The notes under the pieces were generated by a model. It was not told where the DNA came from and searched no databases. It saw only the letters and a list, made by a program, of their open reading frames with translations. The position numbers and the translations under genes are program-made. From assembly GCA_965203515.1 (NCBI GenBank), contig OZ241907.1:2816001-2880000 (forward strand): 64,000 nt of DNA, read 5' to 3'. Positions 46,166-55,504 of this stretch are shown here, piece by piece (within the stretch, counting starts at the first letter, position 1; every line of letters begins with the position of its first letter). This stretch comes from Spirochaetia bacterium (GTDB lineage Bacteria; Spirochaetota; Spirochaetia; SZUA-6; Bin103).

Positions 46166-47722
46166 GTGGCCGCCGACGGGATAACGCTGCGAGCTCGCGG
46201 CGAGGACGGGCTTCGCGAACTGGATCCGTGCGACCTGAACCGCGGGTTCTCCGAACGCCGGGAGACCACCTTCGTCGGGCCTCCCGATGGCGAGTGTCGG
46301 CTGCTGGTCGACGACGAGCCGCTCGCCCGAGTCGAGGCAGCCGGGAACGAGTGGAGGTGGCAACCGGGGTTCTACGCCGGCGAGGTGCGCGCCGAGTTGC
46401 TCGCTGCGGGCGATCGCTTGCTGGGGGTCTGGCGGTTGGACGTGAGCCCCGATCCGGGCAAGACCGGCCGCGAGCTGTTCGCGCGTATGGTCGACGAGAT
46501 CGTCGATTTCGACGCGCATCTGGTCGTCGGCGAGGAGCCGGCCCGCCGGCGGCTCGGCGCGCTTGGCGAAACCGACGATCCGCTCGTGCTGTTCGAGCGG
46601 CTGCGGAGAAGACGGCGCGATCTGGAGACGGCGCTGGCGGCGATTCGACGCGAACCGGTGAGCGTCCTGCGGTCGCGGCGACGATTTGTCCCGCTCCGGG
46701 ACGTGCGGCGGGCCGACGTGCGGACCGTCCGGTCAACGTTGCGCCAACCCGGCGCGCTGGCGGCGATTCGGCCGGTCGCCGGATCAATGCCACCGGCCGT
46801 CGAGCCGATCCTGGACGCGCCCGCCGTGGAGCGCACGCTCGACGCGCCGGCGAACCGGTGCATCCTCCACATGCTGCGCGCGCTGCTGCTCCGGTGCAGG
46901 AAGCTCGCCAAGTCGCTGGAAAGGCGCGCGAAGAAACAGGACGAGGACACGCGAACCGGCATCGCCAAGCGCGTCGATCGGTGGCGCCGGATCCTCGGCG
47001 ACATGGAGCGAGGGTTCACGGCCGCCGCGCGCCACCGGCCGTTCAGCGTAGTACGCCGGCCCGAGGTCACGGCGGCCGGACTCAACGCGGTGGCGGCGCA
47101 TCCACTCTACGCGCGGTTCTGGCGCGTCGGCTGGGAAGCGTTGCGGCGCGGCGTGTATCGGCTGGACCCGCAGGACCTGCTGCCGCTCAGCCCGACCTGG
47201 GAGATCTACGAACGGTGGTGCTTCGTCGCACTGGCAAAGAAGCTGCAGGAATGGCTCCCCGGTTTCGCGTGGACCACCTCGGGCGCCACCGACCGGCGCA
47301 GACTGACCGGCAGTCGCGACGACCGACGTAGCGTCACGCTTCATTTGCAGCCGACGTTCCGCAACACCAAGGGCTGTGAACGGGACGAAGGTTGGTCGGC
47401 CTCCCGCGAGTGCCAGCCCGATTTGGTAGTGACGTTGCAATCCGCCGGCGAGATGACCCGATTCGTCGTCCTCGACGCCAAGTACCGGGCACGCGCGAAC
47501 ACGATCCTCAGCGGCATGATGGAGAGCGTGCACCCGTACGCCGACGCGCTACGCTGGGGCACGCGCCGGCCAGACCGGACCCTCCTGCTGGTCCCGAACG
47601 CCGAGGAGGCGGCATGGCTGACCCGCGCGGCCTACGTCGAACAACACCGCACCGGTGTCGTCGCGCTCCGGCCTGACCTCGAATTACCCGATTGGTTCCG
47701 CGCATTTATCACCGGTACCTGA
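46166..47722 (+). CDS. McrC-like DUF2357 plus PD-(D/E)XK nuclease
   Basis: DAPANR, HPLY, WEIYERWCF, QPD...VLDAKYR; directly after mcrB. Confidence 0.82.
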   Translation: MAADGITLRARGEDGLRELDPCDLNRGFSERRETTFVGPPDGECRLLVDDEPLARVEAAGNEWRWQPGFYAGEVRAELLAAGDRLLGVWRLDVSPDPGKTGRELFARMVDEIVDFDAHLVVGEEPARRRLGALGETDDPLVLFERLRRRRRDLETALAAIRREPVSVLRSRRRFVPLRDVRRADVRTVRSTLRQPGALAAIRPVAGSMPPAVEPILDAPAVERTLDAPANRCILHMLRALLLRCRKLAKSLERRAKKQDEDTRTGIAKRVDRWRRILGDMERGFTAAARHRPFSVVRRPEVTAAGLNAVAAHPLYARFWRVGWEALRRGVYRLDPQDLLPLSPTWEIYERWCFVALAKKLQEWLPGFAWTTSGATDRRRLTGSRDDRRSVTLHLQPTFRNTKGCERDEGWSASRECQPDLVVTLQSAGEMTRFVVLDAKYRARANTILSGMMESVHPYADALRWGTRRPDRTLLLVPNAEEAAWLTRAAYVEQHRTGVVALRPDLELPDWFRAFITGT

Positions 47723-47758
47723 CGGCGTGCCGCCACGGACGAGCGGGTGACGCCGGAT

Positions 47759-49828
47759 TCATGACCGTACGAAGATACCGGCGGCGCCCAGCTTCTTGCG
47801 TATCGCCGCGGTGAGGTCGCTCCCGGCGAGCAGCTCCACCGCGGTGGCGGAGAGTTGCCGGCCATTCTTGCCGACTGCGGCCAATACCCGCGCTGCGGTC
47901 TCGGCTTCGCCGCAGTCCACCACCACCGCCGGGCGCACGGCGATCCAACGCACCTCAGCGGCCCACGCGGCGACTTGCCGTTCCACGTTGTCCGGCAGCG
48001 GATGCTTCGACAACCGGCGCAGCGAGGCGACGATGCCATCCGCATCCCGGCCTGCCCTGACGGCGCGTTGCACCGACTCGCGGCGCAGGACGAACAACGT
48101 GCCGACCGCATCCGGTCCCTCCAGCGCCGCCGTCGGCTCCGCATAGGCGCGGGCCCGGAGCTGGGCGTCCGCCGACGGCGCCAGGAACACGATTTCGAAG
48201 TTGGGCTGCACCAGAACCTCGCCGGTATCCTCGGCCTCCTCGAACTCGAACCGATCCGTATCCAGCAGCAGATAGCGGCCGACAGGCGTGAGACGGAAGC
48301 CGACTCGGCCGCTGACGAGCCGCCCCAGCGTCACTCCTCCCAATGCCACCAGACGCTGGAAGAAGAAGGTGACCAATGTTGCCTCCCACTCCTCCTCGAG
48401 GATATTGACGACTTCGAGGGGCAGGAAGACGCCGACGCCGCCGCCTTCGGTCAGCGGATTGTTCTTGCTCCGCCACTCGATAATGAAATCGGTCAGAGTC
48501 ACCGCCGCGGCGCCCGCAATCGAGCGAAAGGCGGCAGCCACCGCTGCGCGGCATTCGATCGGCGGATACCACCGAGCTTCCGGACCGGGATCGTACGGCA
48601 GATAATTGAGGTGGGCGTCGAGGATCAACGGGCCGTCGCCGGCGGACTCATCCGCATCTTCGTCGTCGGACAGCGGAAATTCGTCATCCTGGTCGTCGTC
48701 GTCCGGCCACGGGAACTCGCCATCCGCGGCGTCGCGCAACGCGTCGAGCACCAGTTTGAGCCGGGCGCCGACGGCGAGGCCCAACCAGCGCCGCCCGCGC
48801 TCGGTCACCACCAGGCGGAGGTCCTTGCCGCGGTCACCCGCGACCGCAGCCAACCCAAGCTGGTGCACGGACGCCGCGGCGAGGTCGACCCGAACGCCGT
48901 GTGGCAGCGTTGTGCCGGAGGTGTCGAGCCAGGTCGGTAACGCCGTGAGTGCGCGGGCGATCGCGTTGCGGGAGCGCGCGAACAGCTCGAAGTGATCGGC
49001 GGCCTTGAGGCGCGGCGGCGCCGCGGTCGCCTCGACCAGCAGCATCGCCATGTCATCGATTAACAGCGGCCGGCAGAACAGCGCTTCGTCGCTGTCGAAC
49101 TCAGGCGCCGATTCCGGAACAGCGGCAAGCTGCCCCGCGCTGGGTGAGCGCCACACGCCGGCGAAGAGCCGCCCTTCCCGGTCGAGGCCGATCAACGCCA
49201 GCGCCTCCCGGCAGGCGAATGCCAGCCCCGGCGCCAGGACCTCCTCATCGGTGGTGCCGCGGAGCGCGGCGAGCAGCGCGGCGATGGGAATCGGCGTGCC
49301 GTGATAGAGCACCGTTGCGATCAGTTGACGCGCGCTGGCGACCGTTGTCGGCAGCGCCAGGCGCCATCGTCGCTGCGCGGGTCCCTTGGCTTCGGCGCCG
49401 GGCTCCTCCCGCAGAAAGTCGGCCACCCACTCCCCGCGGCCCATCTCCGCGGCCAGTTCGACGCGGCTGGTGTTGGTTCCGGCCCCGGAGCGGCTCAGCG
49501 CCGCGCAATCGCGCGGTGAGAAATGCGCGGTCAGGTAGTCGATCAGGCGTTGCGGGTCGCCGCGCCCGTAGTCTTCGAGTACCTGCGCGCGGGACAGCGC
49601 GCGCAAGACGCGATGGAAGTAGCGCCGCCGGCTCGGCACGGCATAGTACTTGCCGCCGGCCGGCGCGATCCATCCTCCGTCGATCAGTACCCGGACGCCG
49701 GCGCGGTGCAGCTCGTAGCGTTCCTCCGGCTGCATGTCCAGCCAGAGCAGGCGTTGGTTGGGCGGCAACTCGTCCCACTGCGGCAGCAGATCCAGGAGCC
49801 GCTCCCACTTGACGTCCGCCAGCTTCAC
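47759..49828 (-). CDS. XPB-associated protein with Helicase_C_3-like C-terminal domain
   Basis: VLVQPNFEI, RESVQRA..AG, L..LSKHPLPDNV; coupled to the XPB gene. Confidence 0.72.
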   Translation of the reverse strand: MKLADVKWERLLDLLPQWDELPPNQRLLWLDMQPEERYELHRAGVRVLIDGGWIAPAGGKYYAVPSRRRYFHRVLRALSRAQVLEDYGRGDPQRLIDYLTAHFSPRDCAALSRSGAGTNTSRVELAAEMGRGEWVADFLREEPGAEAKGPAQRRWRLALPTTVASARQLIATVLYHGTPIPIAALLAALRGTTDEEVLAPGLAFACREALALIGLDREGRLFAGVWRSPSAGQLAAVPESAPEFDSDEALFCRPLLIDDMAMLLVEATAAPPRLKAADHFELFARSRNAIARALTALPTWLDTSGTTLPHGVRVDLAAASVHQLGLAAVAGDRGKDLRLVVTERGRRWLGLAVGARLKLVLDALRDAADGEFPWPDDDDQDDEFPLSDDEDADESAGDGPLILDAHLNYLPYDPGPEARWYPPIECRAAVAAAFRSIAGAAAVTLTDFIIEWRSKNNPLTEGGGVGVFLPLEVVNILEEEWEATLVTFFFQRLVALGGVTLGRLVSGRVGFRLTPVGRYLLLDTDRFEFEEAEDTGEVLVQPNFEIVFLAPSADAQLRARAYAEPTAALEGPDAVGTLFVLRRESVQRAVRAGRDADGIVASLRRLSKHPLPDNVERQVAAWAAEVRWIAVRPAVVVDCGEAETAARVLAAVGKNGRQLSATAVELLAGSDLTAAIRKKLGAAGIFVRS

Positions 49829-51633
49829 CGCGGCCGACCGGGCGCGCCCGCGGGCGCCAGCAGCAGCCGGCGCTCGCCGCCGGCTCCGGCAGCAGCCGGC
49901 GCGGCGGCATCATCCGCCGCCCGGTCGGTGGCCGGCGCCGCGGCTTCTGCGTCGCCAGCGGCCACTTCCACTTCGACGTCGACGATGGCGTATTCGTAGC
50001 CTTGCTCGCAGAGGAAGCGCTGGCGGTGCATGGCGTATTCCTGCTCGACCGTGGCGGCGCTGACCAGCGAATAGAAGTGCGCCTGACTCCCGTCCCGCTT
50101 GGGGCGCAGGATGCGGCCGAGGCGTTGCGCCTCCTCCTGACGGGAACCGAAGGTCCCGGAGATCTGGATCGCGACGTTGGCCTCCGGCAGGTCGAGAGCC
50201 AGGCTGCCGATCTTGCTCACCGCCAGGCAGCGGAGCTCGCCGTTGCGGAACGCGGCGAACAGCTTGTCGCGCCGTTTCTGGGAGGAGCTGCCGGTGAGCA
50301 CCGGGATGGAAACGGCGGCGGCCAGCTCCTCGATCTGCTCGACGTACATCGCCATCACCAGGATGCGGTCGTCGCGGTGCCGCTCCAGCAGCGCGCGCAC
50401 CAAGTCGGTCTTGGCCGGATTCTCGGCCGCCATGCGGAACTGCATGCGCGCTCCCGCCGCAGCGTAGCTCAGGCGCCGCGGCGCCGGCAGCGGCACGCGC
50501 ACCTCCGTGCAGCGCGCGGTGGCGACCCACCCCTGCTGCTCCAGCTCGCGCCAGGGAACGTCGGCCTTCTTGGGACCGATCAGGGCGAATACGTCATCCT
50601 CGCGGCCATCTTCCCGCACCAGGGTCGCGGTCAACCCCAACCGCCGGCGCGCCTGCAGGGCTGCGGTAACCTGGAATACCGGCGCCGGCAGCAGGTGCAC
50701 TTCGTCGTAGATGATCAGCCCCCAGTTGCCGCGGTCGAACACTTCCAGATTGGTCATCGGGTCGCCGGCCCGACGGCGGTGGGTGAGCATCTGGTAGGTG
50801 GCCACCGTGAACGGCCGCAGGGCGCGGTCGGGACCGGCGTAGAGGCCCACCTGCTCCGCCTCCAGGGTGGTCTTGTCGAGCGCCTCCGCGATCCACTGCC
50901 GGGCGGCGGTGACGCTGGTGCAGAGGACCAGGGTAGTGCACTGCAAAGCCCGCGCGCAGGCCAGGCCGACCACCGTCTTGCCGGCGCCGCACGGCAGCAC
51001 GATCACGCCGCTGCCGCCGGCGCTGTGGCGGGCGGCAGCGAAGGCGCGCGCCGCCTCCGCCTGGTAGCCGCGCAACCCGAACGGCTGCCCGCTCAGGGTG
51101 GTGCCGCGCAACGCGAAGCTGAGCGGCAGGCCGCGCGCGTAGCCGGCTTCGTCGTTGGGCGGAAACCCGGCGCGCACCAGCGCCAGCTTGAGCAGGCCGC
51201 GTTTCTCTGCGTCGACCTGGAACGAGCGCCGGTCGACGCGGTCACCGAGCCATCGGGATACTTCGCGGCGGCGGCGCACGATCTCCAGCGCTTCGTCGTC
51301 GCTCGATTCGAGCGTCAGGCCGTCGTCCCCGGCCAGCAGGCGCAGCTTGCCGAAGCGGGCGGCGTGCGAGCGGATTTCGACGAGCGTGGCGTCCGGCACC
51401 GGGTAGCGGCTGAATTCGCGCAGGGTGGCGACGATCTGGTCGACCGTGACCCCGGCGGAGCGCGCGTTCCAGATCGACAGGGCGGTAATGCGGTAGGTGT
51501 GCACGTGCTCGGGCGCCTTGATCAGCTCCGCGAACGCCAGGAGTTGCGACCGTGCGGCCTCGAAACGGGGACTGGCTACCTCCAGCAGGAGCGTATCCAC
51601 ACCCTGCACGATGAGAGGTTGATCACTGGCCAT
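49825..51633 (-). CDS. XPB/Rad25-like DNA helicase
   Basis: PEHVHTYRIT, LPCGAGKT, DEVH, GLTATLVRED, QEEAQRLGRILRPK. Confidence 0.92.
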   Translation of the reverse strand: MASDQPLIVQGVDTLLLEVASPRFEAARSQLLAFAELIKAPEHVHTYRITALSIWNARSAGVTVDQIVATLREFSRYPVPDATLVEIRSHAARFGKLRLLAGDDGLTLESSDDEALEIVRRRREVSRWLGDRVDRRSFQVDAEKRGLLKLALVRAGFPPNDEAGYARGLPLSFALRGTTLSGQPFGLRGYQAEAARAFAAARHSAGGSGVIVLPCGAGKTVVGLACARALQCTTLVLCTSVTAARQWIAEALDKTTLEAEQVGLYAGPDRALRPFTVATYQMLTHRRRAGDPMTNLEVFDRGNWGLIIYDEVHLLPAPVFQVTAALQARRRLGLTATLVREDGREDDVFALIGPKKADVPWRELEQQGWVATARCTEVRVPLPAPRRLSYAAAGARMQFRMAAENPAKTDLVRALLERHRDDRILVMAMYVEQIEELAAAVSIPVLTGSSSQKRRDKLFAAFRNGELRCLAVSKIGSLALDLPEANVAIQISGTFGSRQEEAQRLGRILRPKRDGSQAHFYSLVSAATVEQEYAMHRQRFLCEQGYEYAIVDVEVEVAAGDAEAAAPATDRAADDAAAPAAAGAGGERRLLLAPAGAPGRPR

Positions 51634-51730
51634 GAATGGGGCCAGCATAACCCGTACGAAATTGCGTGTGGGGCATGGCTCCCGAATCGAGACCGCAGAC
51701 GCCGCCCTGCCGCGAAGGCGGTTCAGTGCC

Positions 51731-52483
51731 ATGCGCCTGAAGACGGGAGTCGCGCCCGCGCTCTTCGCGGTCGGCCTGCTGGCGGCCGCGCCGCCGGCTC
51801 ACGCCGAGGAGGAAGCCGGGGCGCCCGCCGGCGGTGAACTGCGGCGTCTTGCGCTCGAACAGCTCCTCGATGGCCAATACCATCTGCCGCTGCTCGGCGA
51901 CGAGGAGACCCCGATTCGATTCGATCGGGGGCGGGGATCGATCACGTTCGGCGCCGGCGCGACGGAGCGGGTGCACGCCGGGCTGGTAGACGACCTGGCC
52001 GCCTTTGGCGACCTCGACGGCGACCGGATCGCCGATGCGGCGGTAGTCGTCTTCATCGACCCGGGCGGCAGCGGCACCTTCATCCACTTGTTGGCGATGC
52101 GTGACCGCGACGGCACGCCGGTTCAGGCGGGACGTGCGTTCATAGGTGATCGGGTACGCGTGGAAAGCCTCACCATCCGGGACGGTCGGATCTTCGTGTC
52201 GATGGTCGCGCACGGTCCCGGCGACCCGATGTGTTGCCCGTCGACCCGGATGCGCCGCTCGTTCACGCTGCGAGGACGCAGGCTGCTGCGAGGACGCAGG
52301 CTGCTGGAGCCGGCTCAATCGACGTGGAAGACCTCCTCGGCGGCAGCCCACCATTCGCCTTCGGGACGGTCCGGCAGCGGCTCCTGCATGGGGTCGGTGA
52401 GCTTCCACCACTCCTGCGTCTTGGGATCGGCCGCCATCGCCGCCATGTCGGCGGCGAAGTCGCTGCCGACGTATTCGAAGTAG
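51731..52483 (+). CDS. Secreted hypothetical protein; C-terminus uncertain because it overlaps rhaM
   Basis: Signal peptide ..AHA, GDLDGD..ADAAV, GGSGTF, DPMCCPS; the tail runs 169 bp into the opposite-strand gene. Confidence 0.55.
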   Translation: MRLKTGVAPALFAVGLLAAAPPAHAEEEAGAPAGGELRRLALEQLLDGQYHLPLLGDEETPIRFDRGRGSITFGAGATERVHAGLVDDLAAFGDLDGDRIADAAVVVFIDPGGSGTFIHLLAMRDRDGTPVQAGRAFIGDRVRVESLTIRDGRIFVSMVAHGPGDPMCCPSTRMRRSFTLRGRRLLRGRRLLEPAQSTWKTSSAAAHHSPSGRSGSGSCMGSVSFHHSCVLGSAAIAAMSAAKSLPTYSK

Positions 52484-52653
52484 GCGAACAGGTAGTGCTT
52501 GCCGTCCGGCATGCGGCGCAGAAAGATCGAGTAGTTGCGCATGTTGCAGCGGCGCACCCGGTCCAACACCTCGGGCCACACCGCCTTGTGCAACCGCTTG
52601 TACTCGTCGATCTGCTCTGCCCGCAGGCCGACGATCCGTGCATGGCGTGTCAT
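52315..52653 (-). CDS. L-rhamnose mutarotase family protein
   Basis: EYKRLH..VWPE, NYSIF, LFAYFEY, EWW, EEVFH; GGAGG RBS. Confidence 0.85.
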   Translation of the reverse strand: MTRHARIVGLRAEQIDEYKRLHKAVWPEVLDRVRRCNMRNYSIFLRRMPDGKHYLFAYFEYVGSDFAADMAAMAADPKTQEWWKLTDPMQEPLPDRPEGEWWAAAEEVFHVD

Positions 52654-52684
52654 GTGTCTCCTCCTCCGCGTAGTCGTGCCCCGG

Positions 52685-53476
52685 TCACGGCGCCGTCACG
52701 GCGGCCGCCGTCCTGATGGCGTCGACGTTGCGCTTGGCCTGATCGGCAAGCATCGCGTTCAGCTCGCCGCAGACGATCAGCCTGGCGCCCATGGCGATCC
52801 AGCGCGCCGCGCCGTCGCCGTTGGGAACCACCGTGCCGCACGGCTTGCCGACGCGCGCGCAGCCGTCGATCGCCCGCCGGATGACCGCCTCGTGCGATCC
52901 GCCCGGACGGTAGAAGTCGCGCAAGGCGATGCCGTGCGACATCATCAGGTCATACGGCCCGACCAGGCAGGCGGTGACCCAGGGCCGGTCGAACAGGGCC
53001 GGATCGCCCACGGCGCGCGGCGTCTCGATCATCGGGATGATGGCGAGCTGCGCTTCCAGCTCCGCCCAGGTCTCCCGGCGAACGTCGCTCACGTGGCGGT
53101 TGCCGGGGCCGCCCGGGCCGCGCTCGCCGGCCGGCGGCAGCAAGGCGGCGCGGCGCAGCGTGTCGATCTGCTCGGCGGTGTCGACCATCGGCAGGATGGC
53201 GCCGAGCGAGCCGAGGTCGAGCGCGCGGCGCACGTGCTCGTAGGTGCAGAAGGTGCGCACGATCACGGGAAACCCCGCCAAGCGGCCCACGCGGCAGATG
53301 GAGGCGATGCGGTCGGGCGGAAACTCGCCGTGCTCGTCGTCGAGCATCAGGAAGTCGTAGCCGGCGCGCTGCAGCAGCTCCAACTGGGACTCGTGGGCGG
53401 TATCGGTGGCGAGCGCCCCGATCGGCACTTCGCCTTCCTGGAGCTTGCGCACGACGGCATTCCGGGTCACGGGCAT
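52685..53476 (-). CDS. HpcH/HpaI aldolase family protein
   Basis: GYDFLMLDDEHG, LDLG..G..LPMV, PP.GERG, MIET, VGPYDL; start MPVTRN. Confidence 0.85.
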   Translation of the reverse strand: MPVTRNAVVRKLQEGEVPIGALATDTAHESQLELLQRAGYDFLMLDDEHGEFPPDRIASICRVGRLAGFPVIVRTFCTYEHVRRALDLGSLGAILPMVDTAEQIDTLRRAALLPPAGERGPGGPGNRHVSDVRRETWAELEAQLAIIPMIETPRAVGDPALFDRPWVTACLVGPYDLMMSHGIALRDFYRPGGSHEAVIRRAIDGCARVGKPCGTVVPNGDGAARWIAMGARLIVCGELNAMLADQAKRNVDAIRTAAAVTAP

Positions 53477-53508
53477 GGACAGACCATACCGCACGCCGGC
53501 CGGCACCG

Positions 53509-54285
53509 TCAGAGGATGCCGACCAGCTCCGGCAGCCCGGAGACCCGCACCGCCATCACCAGCACGGCGACGACCAGGAACACCCGTATCCACCGCTCGC
53601 CGCCGGCGACCGAGAAGCGCGCGCCCAGCCAGGCGCCGACGACGTTGCCGGCCGCCAGGGTCAGGCCCGGCCCCCATGCCACCTTGCCGTTCAGCAGGAA
53701 CACGACGACCGCGGCCACCGTGTAGATCAGGATCACCGCCACCTTGACCGCGTTGATGCGGACCAGGTCGTAGCCGCTCAGGAAGATCAGGGAGCTCATG
53801 ATCAGGAACCCCACGCCGGCCTGGATGAAGCCGCCGTACACGCCGATGGCGAAGAAGATCGCCATCAGCAGGATGCGGCGCGAGCCGGCCGGCGGCTGCG
53901 CCGGCGCGACCCGTTCGCCGGCCGGCTTCGGCTTGACGAAGATCGACACCAGCACCAGCACCATGACGCCCGCCAGCACCGCGTTGAACACGGCGTCCGG
54001 GACGTCGACCGCGATGCGCGAACCGACCACGGCGCCGGCCAGGGCCGGCAGGCCGAGCTGCAGGCCGAGCGCCGGCTCGAAGTGGCCCTTGCCGCGGAAG
54101 CCGGCGACGGCGGTGAGGTTCTGCAGGAGGATCGCCACCCGCACCGTGCCGTTGGCGACGCTGGACGGCAGGCCCAGGAAGATCAACACCGGCATGGTGA
54201 GCGCGCTGCCGCCGCCGGCTACGGTGTTGAGAAAACCGCCGACGACGCCCACGGCCAGCACCAGCGCGAGGGCGGGAAGCTCCAC
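53509..54285 (-). CDS. TauE/SafE (TSUP) family membrane protein
   Basis: NTVAGGGS, ANGT, GVYGGFIQAGVG; multiple TM helices. Confidence 0.85.
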   Translation of the reverse strand: MELPALALVLAVGVVGGFLNTVAGGGSALTMPVLIFLGLPSSVANGTVRVAILLQNLTAVAGFRGKGHFEPALGLQLGLPALAGAVVGSRIAVDVPDAVFNAVLAGVMVLVLVSIFVKPKPAGERVAPAQPPAGSRRILLMAIFFAIGVYGGFIQAGVGFLIMSSLIFLSGYDLVRINAVKVAVILIYTVAAVVVFLLNGKVAWGPGLTLAAGNVVGAWLGARFSVAGGERWIRVFLVVAVLVMAVRVSGLPELVGIL

Positions 54286-54312
54286 AGGACCCGGACGGAC
54301 GGACCGAGGTGC

Positions 54313-55347
54313 TTAGGCCGGCTCGACGGGGACCACGCAGCCGGCGGCCAGGCTGCGGCCGACGGCGTCGGTGAACTCCATGTACTGCAGGCCGACGGTG
54401 AACGGCGTCAGCACGATCTCTTCCTCGCCGCGGATGGCGCCGACGAACTCGTCCTCGACCCGCCACGACCGCGCCTCGTCGGGACGCACCGCCACCTCGG
54501 CCAGCGCGTCGTCGCCGCGGCGCCCAGCCCATACCGTGTCGGTGTCGCCGTCGTAGCGGATCGTCCCGTCCGAGCCGAACAGATAGACCTCCGAACCGCC
54601 GGCCAGCCCCGCCACCGCCGAGACCTGCAAGTGGAGCTGCGCGCCGCAGTGGAGCTCGGCCGTGACGTCGACGTGCTCCGGGACCAGCGCGTCGCGCAGC
54701 GCCCCGGACGCATCGCGCCGGCGCGGCACGAAGGTCCTGCCCATCGCCGACACGCGGCGCGCCGTGCCGACCCAGCGCATCATCGCCTCGTACCAGATGC
54801 CCATGCTCATGATGTTGCGGCCGGACAGGTCGGCGTCCTGCCGCCAGTGCAGCGGCGCGTCGCGATCCAGGAAGCCGGTGGAGACGCGCGCCTCGACGAC
54901 CAGGAGGTCGCCCAGGAACCGCTCCGCGACGAGCCGCTGGATGGCGCCGTCGACCCGCAGGGTCATCGGCGACGGGACGATCTGCGCGACCAGCTCCGGG
55001 CGAGCGCGCGAGGCCGCCAGCATCCGCCGCGCCTCGGCCGCGTCGCGCGCCATGCGCGCCTCGCACAGCACGTGCTTGCCGGCCTGCAGCGCGGCGACGG
55101 TCACCGGTTCGTGCAGGTAGGGCCACGTGCCGATCACCACCGCGTCGACCTCCGACTCGACCACCGCCCGCCAGCTCGGCAGCACCTCCGGGATGCCGAA
55201 CTCCGCCGCCACGCGCGCGCCGGAGGCGTGCGATCGGTTGCAGACGCTCACCACCTCCACGCCGTCGATCGCCTGCAGGCGCGGGATGTGCATGCCGCGC
55301 GTGTTGGCGCCGGCGCCCACGACGCCCACTCTGATCCGCGTGCCCAT
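54313..55347 (-). CDS. Gfo/Idh/MocA family oxidoreductase
   Basis: VVGAG, IGTWPYLH, GKHVLCEARMA. Confidence 0.85.
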   Translation of the reverse strand: MGTRIRVGVVGAGANTRGMHIPRLQAIDGVEVVSVCNRSHASGARVAAEFGIPEVLPSWRAVVESEVDAVVIGTWPYLHEPVTVAALQAGKHVLCEARMARDAAEARRMLAASRARPELVAQIVPSPMTLRVDGAIQRLVAERFLGDLLVVEARVSTGFLDRDAPLHWRQDADLSGRNIMSMGIWYEAMMRWVGTARRVSAMGRTFVPRRRDASGALRDALVPEHVDVTAELHCGAQLHLQVSAVAGLAGGSEVYLFGSDGTIRYDGDTDTVWAGRRGDDALAEVAVRPDEARSWRVEDEFVGAIRGEEEIVLTPFTVGLQYMEFTDAVGRSLAAGCVVPVEPA

Positions 55348-55504
55348 GTCGCCTCCTCCCGGCGCGCCGCGGCGCGGCGCGTGCACGGCACGGTACAGGA
55401 TGGCGACGCAGCCTGCCAAGCTGGTCGGCACGGGGACGCCGCCCGAGCGTTGATTGCCGCCTACCGCGTAGGGACCTATTCTGTACCGAACAGGTGGTCA
55501 TACG

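Noticed and set aside
33830..51633. Complete DISARM or BREX system
   Set aside because: No DrmA/DrmB (DUF1998), PglZ, BrxC or BrxL-like genes recognised
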